A stretch of 37,501 nucleotides of DNA from a virus. Taxonomy: Duplodnaviria; Caudoviricetes. Below the pieces are notes generated by a model that saw only the letters and a list, made by a program, of their open reading frames with translations, was not told where the DNA came from and ran no database searches. The position numbers were made by a program, and so were the translations under genes. This document shows positions 27,983 through 35,241 of this stretch, piece by piece (position 1 is the stretch's first letter; the number at the start of each line of letters is the position of its first letter). The stretch lies in the IMG/VR virus record IMGVR_UViG_3300032212_000074, positions 1-37,501 of that record, one strand, 5' to 3'.

Positions 27983-28414
27983 TTATTGCTTATCCTGTTT
28001 TTTACCGATGCCAATGTGGTTACTTAGCATGTGCGCCCCGAAAAAGAAGCCTATGATTGCCAATGTGCCGCTGATCATTAATGTGCCGAATGCGATTGAT
28101 ATATAGAATTTAGCCAGCTCCATATCAAAAGGCGCTACAGCCATGACAATCAGCAACATAAATAATTGAACTCTTATCCATAGTACCGCCACTGATCTGC
28201 GGGTTTTGCTTCGCTCTGTGTTCTCGGATAGCGTCATTTTTACAAAGTCAGCCACACTATCAGCCATCTTTAAATTCATTTTAGCTTGTTCTTCTTCCGT
28301 GAATTGCATATTGCCAACCCATCCGCCTACCTGAGAAAGTAGACCGTTATCCTTATCCATGACGTTATCGACGGTTTTTGATGATGAGAATAAATTAGTA
28401 AACCAGCTCATCAC
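27983..28414 (-). CDS. holin-like membrane protein (two C-terminal TM helices)
   Basis: FT.EE motif, two hydrophobic segments, GFFFG; lysis context. Confidence 0.6.
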   Translation of the reverse strand: MMSWFTNLFSSSKTVDNVMDKDNGLLSQVGGWVGNMQFTEEEQAKMNLKMADSVADFVKMTLSENTERSKTRRSVAVLWIRVQLFMLLIVMAVAPFDMELAKFYISIAFGTLMISGTLAIIGFFFGAHMLSNHIGIGKKQDKQ

Positions 28415-28668
28415 TTAAGCTCTTTTTCGTGTAATTCTATATGTGACTCTCGCCACATCTCCAACTTTTTTATATCTTCGTCCTGATGCTCATTTGCTCT
28501 TTGTATGACTGCTATCTGTAATAACGCCTCTGCCATGTGGTCTTTCAATGCATTGATATTGAACCCCACCCATGACATCACCATAAGAACCAATGCCGTC
28601 AATATATTCGACAGCTTGACGTTAACCTCAGTAACCTTATCGACTACCTCTAAACCTTCCTTACCCAT
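28411..28668 (-). CDS. single-TM coiled-coil lysis-region protein
   Basis: GAGG RBS favours MGKEG start; one TM followed by coiled coil. Confidence 0.55.
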   Translation of the reverse strand: MGKEGLEVVDKVTEVNVKLSNILTALVLMVMSWVGFNINALKDHMAEALLQIAVIQRANEHQDEDIKKLEMWRESHIELHEKELK

Positions 28669-28702
28669 ATCTAGCCTCTTTTTTCTTTTTATGACTAATG
28701 GA

Positions 28703-28813
28703 TTAAGCGTAACGAGTGCGGCCATTGTGCTTAGCAGGCGGCTTTTTAGGTGTTTTCTTCTTTGGTGGTGACTTTGGAGCTGGTTTTTTACTCTTGGGCT
28801 GCTTTTTTGGCAT
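28703..28813 (-). CDS. 36-aa Lys/Pro-rich peptide (not in ORF track)
   Basis: MPKKQPKSKKPAPKSPPKKKTPKKPPAKHNGRTRYA; AAGGA RBS. Confidence 0.55.
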   Translation of the reverse strand: MPKKQPKSKKPAPKSPPKKKTPKKPPAKHNGRTRYA

Positions 28814-28885
28814 TTTCCTGTCCTTATTTCAGTTGAATACCGGAATGACTCACTGTTTCAGGTAGTTTATCACGCTTTATGCGAT

Positions 28886-29062
28886 TTATAAAAACATAGT
28901 CTCTTTTTCACGCTGTTGCCTTATTAGCTCCCTTCCCATTTTTATATTAAACCTTTCCTCTCTCTGGCTTTGCAGATACCAGTCATTGCCATGTACGCCA
29001 ATATGAACCGCCTCTTTTGCATTCGGGTCTACTGGCATTTTTACTATATCTTCTTCATTCAT
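28886..29062 (-). CDS. 58-aa hypothetical protein (not in ORF track)
   Basis: Manual translation MNEEDIVKMP...; GGAG RBS. Confidence 0.6.
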   Translation of the reverse strand: MNEEDIVKMPVDPNAKEAVHIGVHGNDWYLQSQREERFNIKMGRELIRQQREKETMFL

Positions 29063-29101
29063 AATGCTTCTCCATTGATACTACATTAAAAACTTAGATT
29101 T

Positions 29102-29284
29102 CTATACCTTTTTAAATTTTGCGTGAAACTCTCGCGCTGTTCTCGCCCACTTTAAACCGTCTGGATTTTCATCACTGCAGTATATTACCATTGGCTCTTC
29201 TGTTTCATGATTTACTGCCATGCACAATAACCTATAAATCTTTTTATTATTATAATGCCTGTACTTTTCGTAGTTATCAGCCAC
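29102..29284 (-). CDS. DUF1653-family protein
   Basis: KYRHY....Y.....A...ET.E.MV.Y......W.R...F..KF. Confidence 0.8.
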   Translation of the reverse strand: MADNYEKYRHYNNKKIYRLLCMAVNHETEEPMVIYCSDENPDGLKWARTAREFHAKFKKV

Positions 29285-29324
29285 CGCTACCAGCTCCTAT
29301 ATTAAAACCCTTCATAGCCTTCTC

Positions 29325-29801
29325 TCATAATGCCGCCTTTGCTGCGTATCGCTGCCAGTTTTCCATGAATTCATCGATAGTTCCAGCGCCATACACCGTA
29401 TTATATTTCAGCTTCCAATACTCGGCTAATCCTACAATATCATCTTTATCTGGCAGTGCTTCGGGTACTCGTAGGTAATGAACACGGCACATTATCGCAG
29501 CGTATTTAAGATTATAAACCAGTGTTTTGGGGTTATTAGATATGCACGACCTCAATACTTTTTCTTTTAATTCGTCTTGATAGGCTAGGTAATTCTCCCA
29601 TATATCGGCATGTGTCGCGCCTTCCATCTGAAAGACACCTTTAGCTATACCCGATGGCACTTGAGCTAAATACTTACCCATTGCTGACTCTTGAGCTGCC
29701 GTACCAAGCAATAAATTAACAGCCGCTTCACTGTATGCGTCGATTTCTTCCAGTGCTGGAATAATTACATAATCCCTGAGTTGTTTTGCGTCTATGCTCA
29801 T
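29325..29801 (-). CDS. endolysin, lysozyme/transglycosylase-like fold
   Basis: LLLGTAAQES (catalytic Glu-Ser), G.FQME..T, YWK..YNT..GAG. Confidence 0.75.
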   Translation of the reverse strand: MSIDAKQLRDYVIIPALEEIDAYSEAAVNLLLGTAAQESAMGKYLAQVPSGIAKGVFQMEGATHADIWENYLAYQDELKEKVLRSCISNNPKTLVYNLKYAAIMCRVHYLRVPEALPDKDDIVGLAEYWKLKYNTVYGAGTIDEFMENWQRYAAKAAL

Positions 29802-29820
29802 TATCTTTCTCTTTGTTAAT

Positions 29821-29939
29821 TGGTGGTCAGGCAGGCCGTTACCCCTGCTATGCCTTGAAAGGATGCTCTAGAGTTCTCGACCCTTAACCGGCTGATATGT
29901 CGATTCCTTATGCACGTCTACTTTCCGTGCTGCTGACCA
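29821..29939 (-). ncRNA. tRNA-like RNA with encoded 3' CCA, non-canonical
   Basis: Acceptor-like UGGUCAG/CUGACCA + CCA; D-like arm GCACG-GAAAGUAGA-CGUGC; T-like arm GCAGG-GGUAACGG-CCUGC; ~65-nt central domain. Confidence 0.7.
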
Positions 29940-29947
29940 TATAAATA

Positions 29948-30026
29948 AGCGCAAAACTATCTGCCTTCTACCACTTGTTTGGATGCTTTCGCAGATTCAA
30001 CAAGGAACTTTTGACAGTCTCACGCC
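29948..30026 (-). ncRNA. structured leader RNA with GAAA-capped extended hairpin
   Basis: 14-bp basal stem with 5 G-U pairs, CUUGUU/AACAAG stem, UGC-GAAA-GCA cap. Confidence 0.55.
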
Positions 30027-30033
30027 ATAGCCT

Positions 30034-30042
30034 ATTGTATCA
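30034..30042 (-). promoter_or_regulatory. extended -10 promoter, candidate late promoter
   Basis: TGATACAAT on minus strand, ~7 nt upstream of the structured RNA 5' end. Confidence 0.5.
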
Positions 30043-30056
30043 CGATTGATTAGTCG

Positions 30057-30194
30057 CTAAAAAAAATCAGTCAAAAACAACCACAAAGCAATAACCAGCC
30101 ATAAGCCAGATACGGGCTTATCATTTATCTCTAATATTGCAGCGCCAATGACAAGCGCAGAAAACGCAATAACATCTACTCTTATTCCTAACAT
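30057..30194 (-). CDS. 45-aa two-TM membrane peptide (not in ORF track)
   Basis: MLGIRVDVIAFSALVIGAAIL...GLWLVIALWLFLTDFF; GAGGTG RBS. Confidence 0.6.
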   Translation of the reverse strand: MLGIRVDVIAFSALVIGAAILEINDKPVSGLWLVIALWLFLTDFF

Positions 30195-30212
30195 TATTAA
30201 TCACCTCATTTG

Positions 30213-30416
30213 TTAAACGATCTTGTCTGTATCCAAAAACTCAATTCTTGGCTTTTCTTCTCGCTTGTCAGAATATTCTATCTGAACACGCAAAGTACCT
30301 ATGATTTTTCCAGCGCAATTTGTCATTTGAGCGGCTTTTTCTGGCTTAATATCACCTGATTTTAATTTATTAAATATATCAGCTAAATCGTCCCGCAATT
30401 CGACTACGTTTTTCAT
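30213..30416 (-). CDS. small helical phage protein
   Basis: ORF track; GGAG RBS; overlaps upstream Zn-finger gene. Confidence 0.75.
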   Translation of the reverse strand: MKNVVELRDDLADIFNKLKSGDIKPEKAAQMTNCAGKIIGTLRVQIEYSDKREEKPRIEFLDTDKIV

Positions 30417-30813
30417 GACCTAATTCTCCTATCAGTCTTGATATTTTTATCTGCAACCTCTTTGCTTCCACTAATTCAGCAGGCACATTGTCAGATTTCT
30501 TTAAGCACATACAAGCCAATATATAACCATCGGTTAGTTTATTCCTGCGCTTTTCATAAGCTATCCGTAAGTTATTCGTCTGTTTTTCTTTAAACGCTAT
30601 AACTTTGTCAGGATTGTCTTTTCTCCACTGTCTATCGTACTTACTCTTTCTTTCTTTTTGTAATGGGTCGGTGAATATTCTTTTTACTCCAGCTTTATTT
30701 GTGCATACCTTGCATTTGCCACGAAAATAATAAGAGCCGTTTCTTCCCTTGCACTTAGGGAAGTCGTTCAATTGTTTTTTCTTATCGCAACAAGAGCATA
30801 TTTTCATTTTCAA
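30379..30813 (-). CDS. basic Cys4 zinc-binding DNA-binding protein
   Basis: C..C...K....F.......G......CK.C N-terminus as seen in HNH-associated domains; no HNH catalytic motif. Confidence 0.65.
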   Translation of the reverse strand: MKMKICSCCDKKKQLNDFPKCKGRNGSYYFRGKCKVCTNKAGVKRIFTDPLQKERKSKYDRQWRKDNPDKVIAFKEKQTNNLRIAYEKRRNKLTDGYILACMCLKKSDNVPAELVEAKRLQIKISRLIGELGHEKRSRIAGRFS

Positions 30814-30832
30814 TCTCCTATTAGTTAATGCT

Positions 30833-30887
30833 AGAACCCAGCCGGCTCATCCAATTAAAGTATTAGTTTAATTACCGGCTAGGCTCT
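30833..30887 (-). other. long intergenic RNA hairpin after ssb
   Basis: 13-bp outer stem (2 G-U), 6-nt bulge, 8-bp AU stem, CUAAUAC loop. Confidence 0.65.
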
Positions 30888-30894
30888 GAACTCT

Positions 30895-31341
30895 TTAGCC
30901 ATGCTCTGATAATGGGGCAAATGGGATGTCATCGTCGAAGTCACCGCCACCCGATCCAGCCCCGCCATCCGTAGCAGTTTGTTGTGGCTGTTGTGTACTT
31001 GCTCCATTTACGCGAGGGTTATCTGATTTACCACCCACCATCTGCATTTTATCTGCGATAATCTTAGTTTTGTAGTTTGTCACACCGTCCTTATCCCATG
31101 ACTCTGTTTTCATGCGACCAGATATCATTACCTGAGACCCTTTATTCAGATACTGAGTGCAGATTTCAGCAAGCTTTCCAAAGGCCGTGATATTCACCCA
31201 CTCCGCACCCTCTTTGTCTTTAGACTTCCATCCGACAGCGATACTAAAATCGCATACTTCTGTTCCTGATGGCATAGCCTTTGACTCTGGGTCTCTGCCA
31301 AGCCTGCCTATAAATGTACACTGGTTTAAATCATTAGCCAT
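30895..31341 (-). CDS. ssb: single-stranded DNA-binding protein
   Basis: N...IGRLGRDPE, EW..I..FGKLAE...YL.KGS.V.I.GR, acidic tail DFDDDIPF; start MANDL. Confidence 0.95.
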   Translation of the reverse strand: MANDLNQCTFIGRLGRDPESKAMPSGTEVCDFSIAVGWKSKDKEGAEWVNITAFGKLAEICTQYLNKGSQVMISGRMKTESWDKDGVTNYKTKIIADKMQMVGGKSDNPRVNGASTQQPQQTATDGGAGSGGGDFDDDIPFAPLSEHG

Positions 31342-31594
31342 TGATGTATTCCTCACGAATAACTGTGATTGATATATCGCTTAATTCAACCTTCTTCCCG
31401 CCTACTTTTGCAGTAATGGAATCACCATCAAGAAACTCATTTGCTTCTTCACCGCTCCATACGCAAACATTCATGTCGCATAATGCCGCCATCACCTCAT
31501 CAAGCGTCATTGACTTACCGACTTCTGTATTGATTTTTTTCATTACTCTTTTCATTTCATATCCCCGCCATTTTTGATAGTTCGCGCTCCTCAT
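31334..31594 (-). CDS. hypothetical protein
   Basis: ORF track; start probably ~31555. Confidence 0.6.
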   Translation of the reverse strand: MRSANYQKWRGYEMKRVMKKINTEVGKSMTLDEVMAALCDMNVCVWSGEEANEFLDGDSITAKVGGKKVELSDISITVIREEYING

Positions 31595-31763
31595 CGGATA
31601 CGCTCTGAGTTTTAAAGCCGCTGTCTTGTGGACAGTGCTTTAGTCTTAATCTTAGTCTTTGCTGATGACTGCAATTGTGCTTGTTGCGAAGATGAGAATT
31701 TAAAACCATGTCCTCACGCGCAAATGTATCACCACAGCCTTTTATCGGACATTGCATTTCCAT
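31557..31763 (-). CDS. C2H2-type zinc-finger protein
   Basis: CPIKGC...F......L.SHLRNKH. Confidence 0.65.
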   Translation of the reverse strand: MEMQCPIKGCGDTFAREDMVLNSHLRNKHNCSHQQRLRLRLKHCPQDSGFKTQSVSDEERELSKMAGI

Positions 31764-32125
31764 TAAATCACCGGCCTGTAATTAAAGAAATCAAATAACT
31801 CATTGATTCGCTCATAGTTGCTTTTCTCGTTTCTGCGTAGTCTCTGGCGATACTGTCGCAAGCTTTCGCCAATATACGCGCCTGTTGCCTCCTCTTGTGT
31901 CCAGCCTGACCCACATGCCATCCGGTTACTGATCAATGACGGCTTTATCTTTCGTGTGGTTGGTGGCTCTGTCTTAACTTTGAATGTAACCCACCATGCC
32001 GAACTGCGCTTAAACGGTATACCTTCGATATAACCTAGCCATAGCTTTAGAGGTTTTAACCCGCCTGCGTTTTGTCTGTGGTCAATATCGAGTATGTTCT
32101 TTGCTATTTCTAGTTTCTTACCCAT
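31763..32125 (-). CDS. hypothetical protein
   Basis: ORF track; TAATG coupling. Confidence 0.65.
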   Translation of the reverse strand: MGKKLEIAKNILDIDHRQNAGGLKPLKLWLGYIEGIPFKRSSAWWVTFKVKTEPPTTRKIKPSLISNRMACGSGWTQEEATGAYIGESLRQYRQRLRRNEKSNYERINELFDFFNYRPVI

Positions 32126-32472
32126 TACTCACCCGCCTTATCCGCTATTCCCTTGAATTTAGAAATAGGATATCTGACACCATTATCATCAATCTTTAAG
32201 TTAGCGGCCTCAATTAAGTCAATTTCCAGTACATTTGCCAGATTAACCAGATAGATAAATACGTCTGCCATCTCAGTAGTGACCTGATTCTGCAATTTAA
32301 CATCGGTGAAAATCTCCGAGTTATTGCGCCATTGAGCCACACTTGCCAACTCCCCCGCCTCACCATTTATCGCCATAATCAGGTTTTTAGGTGAGTGGAA
32401 TTGCTCCCAGTCCCGATCATCTCTGAATTGCTCTAATCGGTGGCATAGTGTTTGTAAGCTGTCGTTATCCAT
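32125..32472 (-). CDS. MazG-like nucleotide pyrophosphohydrolase (RS21-C6/DCTPP1-like)
   Basis: RDWEQFHSPKNL.....GE.GEL...QW...E.ADVFIYL..LA...K...N..RYP. Confidence 0.9.
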   Translation of the reverse strand: MDNDSLQTLCHRLEQFRDDRDWEQFHSPKNLIMAINGEAGELASVAQWRNNSEIFTDVKLQNQVTTEMADVFIYLVNLANVLEIDLIEAANLKIDDNGVRYPISKFKGIADKAGE

Positions 32473-32483
32473 TGTTTAACCCT

Positions 32484-33485
32484 CTAAAATAAATCAATCT
32501 GATCTGGTTCAATTACTTCTACTGCGTCAATGTTCCTGATCGCCTGCTTGAAATAACTCGTTTTTAGCTCAATACCGATACCTTTTCTGCCTCGACTCAA
32601 TGCGCCATAAACCTCAGAACCAACACCCATAAACGGAGTCAATACGACCTCATTAGGGTTACTGTACAACTCCACAATTCGCTCAATAACATCTAGCTGC
32701 AATGGATGAACGTGCTTTTCGTCATCCTCCTCACGCGCTTCTCGGAACGGTAAAACATTATCAATTCTAATATCATCCCATACAGCACTCGCATATCGCT
32801 GCCAAATATAATGATTTAGCTTTGTGATTCCTGTGTCCTCATTAACTGAGTTTAGATGTTTCCACAAGCTATCCTCATCATGGTCTGTTTTATTAGCGTT
32901 GTTAAATGCTCTCAGAATATTAGGCAGAATCGGAATCTCACCAGCATAATGATTAATACCGAACTCGTGAGTAACTGGAATCTCATTTTCGCCTTTCTTT
33001 GTGAATATCAGCATGTAATCAGGCATAGCCGTGAAACACCGCGTCGAATCCTCAACAATAAACTTGTGCATTAACGATTGAACCATTGTTCTCATCCGCA
33101 CTTTAAGTGGCTCTTTCCAAATAGTAATACGGTTACGGTACTCAAATCCGTATTTTTCATGCAGCTTGATTATCTCGTGTGGAAAATCCCATAAGCGACA
33201 GGTATTGTCGAATACATCGGTACAGTGAACCGCGTTAATACGCCCTTTTTTAGTGACTCTCGCCATTTCTTTGATCAGATATTCATACTGTTCTAAAAAC
33301 TGTTCTTTACTGTCGCAATTACTCATATCGCGCGGATCTGAGCTGTAATTATACAACCCTGCAAACGGTGGCGAATAAACGGATAGATCAATCGTCTCGC
33401 TGTCTAGCTCTTTAATCACATTGAAGCAATCATCGTTATAGATTGCATATCTGTCTGTTATTTTTTGATCTTTTACGTCTGTCAT
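32484..33485 (-). CDS. beta-class amino (N4-C/N6-A) DNA methyltransferase
   Basis: Motif IV SPPF near N-terminus, motif I PFMGVGSE near C-terminus, H..PLQL. Confidence 0.9.
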   Translation of the reverse strand: MTDVKDQKITDRYAIYNDDCFNVIKELDSETIDLSVYSPPFAGLYNYSSDPRDMSNCDSKEQFLEQYEYLIKEMARVTKKGRINAVHCTDVFDNTCRLWDFPHEIIKLHEKYGFEYRNRITIWKEPLKVRMRTMVQSLMHKFIVEDSTRCFTAMPDYMLIFTKKGENEIPVTHEFGINHYAGEIPILPNILRAFNNANKTDHDEDSLWKHLNSVNEDTGITKLNHYIWQRYASAVWDDIRIDNVLPFREAREEDDEKHVHPLQLDVIERIVELYSNPNEVVLTPFMGVGSEVYGALSRGRKGIGIELKTSYFKQAIRNIDAVEVIEPDQIDLF

Positions 33486-33496
33486 TTTTCCAACTC

Positions 33497-34861
33497 CTAA
33501 AATGATGGCTTAATTATTTTTGTTAGTTCTTCATTGGTATCTAATGAGAAATCACTGTTTACATTATTAACTAAATTCTCATATAGCTTTTTAGCTTTTT
33601 CTGTTTTTTCTTCTAATGCCTGTATTACCCGCGATTGACCATCAGATATAACCATATCTACCGTTACATCACGTTTTTGACCAAAACGCCAAAACCTACG
33701 GATAGCCTGATAATATTGCTCATAGCTCCATGTAGGGAAAAATACAGAATGATTGCAGTGCTGCCAGTTTAGACCCATTCCAGTCATCTTTGCCTTTGTT
33801 ATAATCCGGTCAATGTCGCCACTAGCAAAGGCTTTTAATATTTCTTCCTTTTTCTCTATCGACTGACTACCGATAATCTCAACAGCATCTTTATCCATAT
33901 TTTTAAGATACGCACTTTCCGCGTTAGTATTACACCAATAAACCGATACTTTATCGCCTGCTATTTCTACTGCCTTTTCGCACCTTTCTTCCTGTGTTTG
34001 TTTCTGCTCGTGCCTAATCTCTGTCATTGTTTTAGCTTCTTTCTTGAACATGGCAACTTGTCCGTCATGCTCTAATAAGCTTTTATTCTGTACTGAATGT
34101 GTGTTTTTAATCAGCTCTGGCAAAATATAACGATCATCATTAAATCCGATATCACTGGGCTTTTTCACCATCATTGACCAAGTATTAACCCATTGAAAGA
34201 ATGCGTCCTCAGCATGTGTCTTTAGATAAAACTTTTCACCGATATTACGGTTATTTGAATCTACTGAGTTTTGATTCGATTTAAAGAACTTGCCTAGCAT
34301 ATCCATATAACCCATGTAGCCAAGCGCCTCGGAGCTTGTACCTAATTCAATAAAGTCATTAGGTGAAGGCGTGGCAGTGGTTAAGAATCGATATTTTATC
34401 TTTTTAACAAACGATGTTATCTGTGTTTTTATCGTTCCTTTAAAGTTTTTAAGTATACTGGACTCATCAAGAACAACGCCCTCAAAGTCCGCACTATCAA
34501 ACAAGTGTAGCCGTTCATAATTACATACAACTATCTTCTTTGTGTGATTTCCGTCCTTTGAATACTCAATATCATCAATACCGATCTTATTAGCCTCAGC
34601 AATGAATTGAAACGCCACAGCCAGAGGCGTAAGAATCAATACCCGTCCATTTGTTTTTAAAACGACATTCTGAGCGACTGACAAAGATATTAGCGTTTTA
34701 CCCAAGCCAGTATCAGCAAAGATACCCATACGACCCTTAATAACTGCCTTTTCGATAATATTCTGCTGAAAATCGAAAGCCATATCTGGGATGAATAACG
34801 GATCAAAGCCGAAATTACCGCTAAGATGTTTTTTTGAATCTATGAAATCTAAATATTCCAA
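33497..34861 (-). CDS. SNF2-like SF2 helicase/ATPase
   Basis: DTGLGKT, LDESS, TATP, G.G.N.Q, QAIRRFWRFGQ. Confidence 0.9.
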   Translation of the reverse strand: MEYLDFIDSKKHLSGNFGFDPLFIPDMAFDFQQNIIEKAVIKGRMGIFADTGLGKTLISLSVAQNVVLKTNGRVLILTPLAVAFQFIAEANKIGIDDIEYSKDGNHTKKIVVCNYERLHLFDSADFEGVVLDESSILKNFKGTIKTQITSFVKKIKYRFLTTATPSPNDFIELGTSSEALGYMGYMDMLGKFFKSNQNSVDSNNRNIGEKFYLKTHAEDAFFQWVNTWSMMVKKPSDIGFNDDRYILPELIKNTHSVQNKSLLEHDGQVAMFKKEAKTMTEIRHEQKQTQEERCEKAVEIAGDKVSVYWCNTNAESAYLKNMDKDAVEIIGSQSIEKKEEILKAFASGDIDRIITKAKMTGMGLNWQHCNHSVFFPTWSYEQYYQAIRRFWRFGQKRDVTVDMVISDGQSRVIQALEEKTEKAKKLYENLVNNVNSDFSLDTNEELTKIIKPSF

Positions 34862-34912
34862 CTCTCTCTCCCGTTTTTTATTATCTTATTGCTTAAATTT
34901 ACTTATTTGAAA

Positions 34913-35224
34913 TCAAAGTTTTTTATGGCGCATAAACCATTGTGATGCCATGCGGCCAGTAATCATGCACTTGACCATTTGACCCTTAACTAGCTTATTT
35001 GAGTCAGGAAGGCGTTTATGTAAGATTTCGTTCGGTATGCCCGTTAATGCTGATAACTCCCTGCATGTGTACCCTGAGTGCAATCTGACAGCATTTTCAG
35101 CGCGTCTTACATCTGCCATGCGCTTTCCTGATTGTGTAATGTGCTTATCGGCTAGGTAGCTGGTTATCGGGTCGCTGTTTCTGTGGCATGGTGTGTTAAT
35201 CATTTTGATTTCCTTAATAATCAC
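34913..35224 (-). CDS. winged-helix DNA-binding protein
   Basis: R.SDP.TS..A, T.RELS..TG......KRLP, C..TGR....W; likely start 35203. Confidence 0.65.
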   Translation of the reverse strand: MIIKEIKMINTPCHRNSDPITSYLADKHITQSGKRMADVRRAENAVRLHSGYTCRELSALTGIPNEILHKRLPDSNKLVKGQMVKCMITGRMASQWFMRHKKL

Positions 35225-35241
35225 ATCCTTGTGATGTTTAT

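Noticed and set aside
29867-29873. CU-CUA-GA in the tRNA-like RNA resembling an amber-suppressor anticodon loop, suggesting stop-codon recoding
   Set aside because: Flanks do not form an anticodon stem. Long genes are uninterrupted in the standard code, and TAG ends several genes normally (e.g. 6233, 12770, 33497).
30379-30813. HNH homing endonuclease
   Set aside because: Only the Cys4 N-terminal part is similar; no HNH catalytic motif is visible.
9421-33074. Numerous + strand and alternative-frame ORFs inside minus-strand genes (e.g. 15313..15807, 18383..18739, 22432..22968, 13746..14207)
   Set aside because: Shadow ORFs overlapping well-supported genes, with no recognisable motifs.
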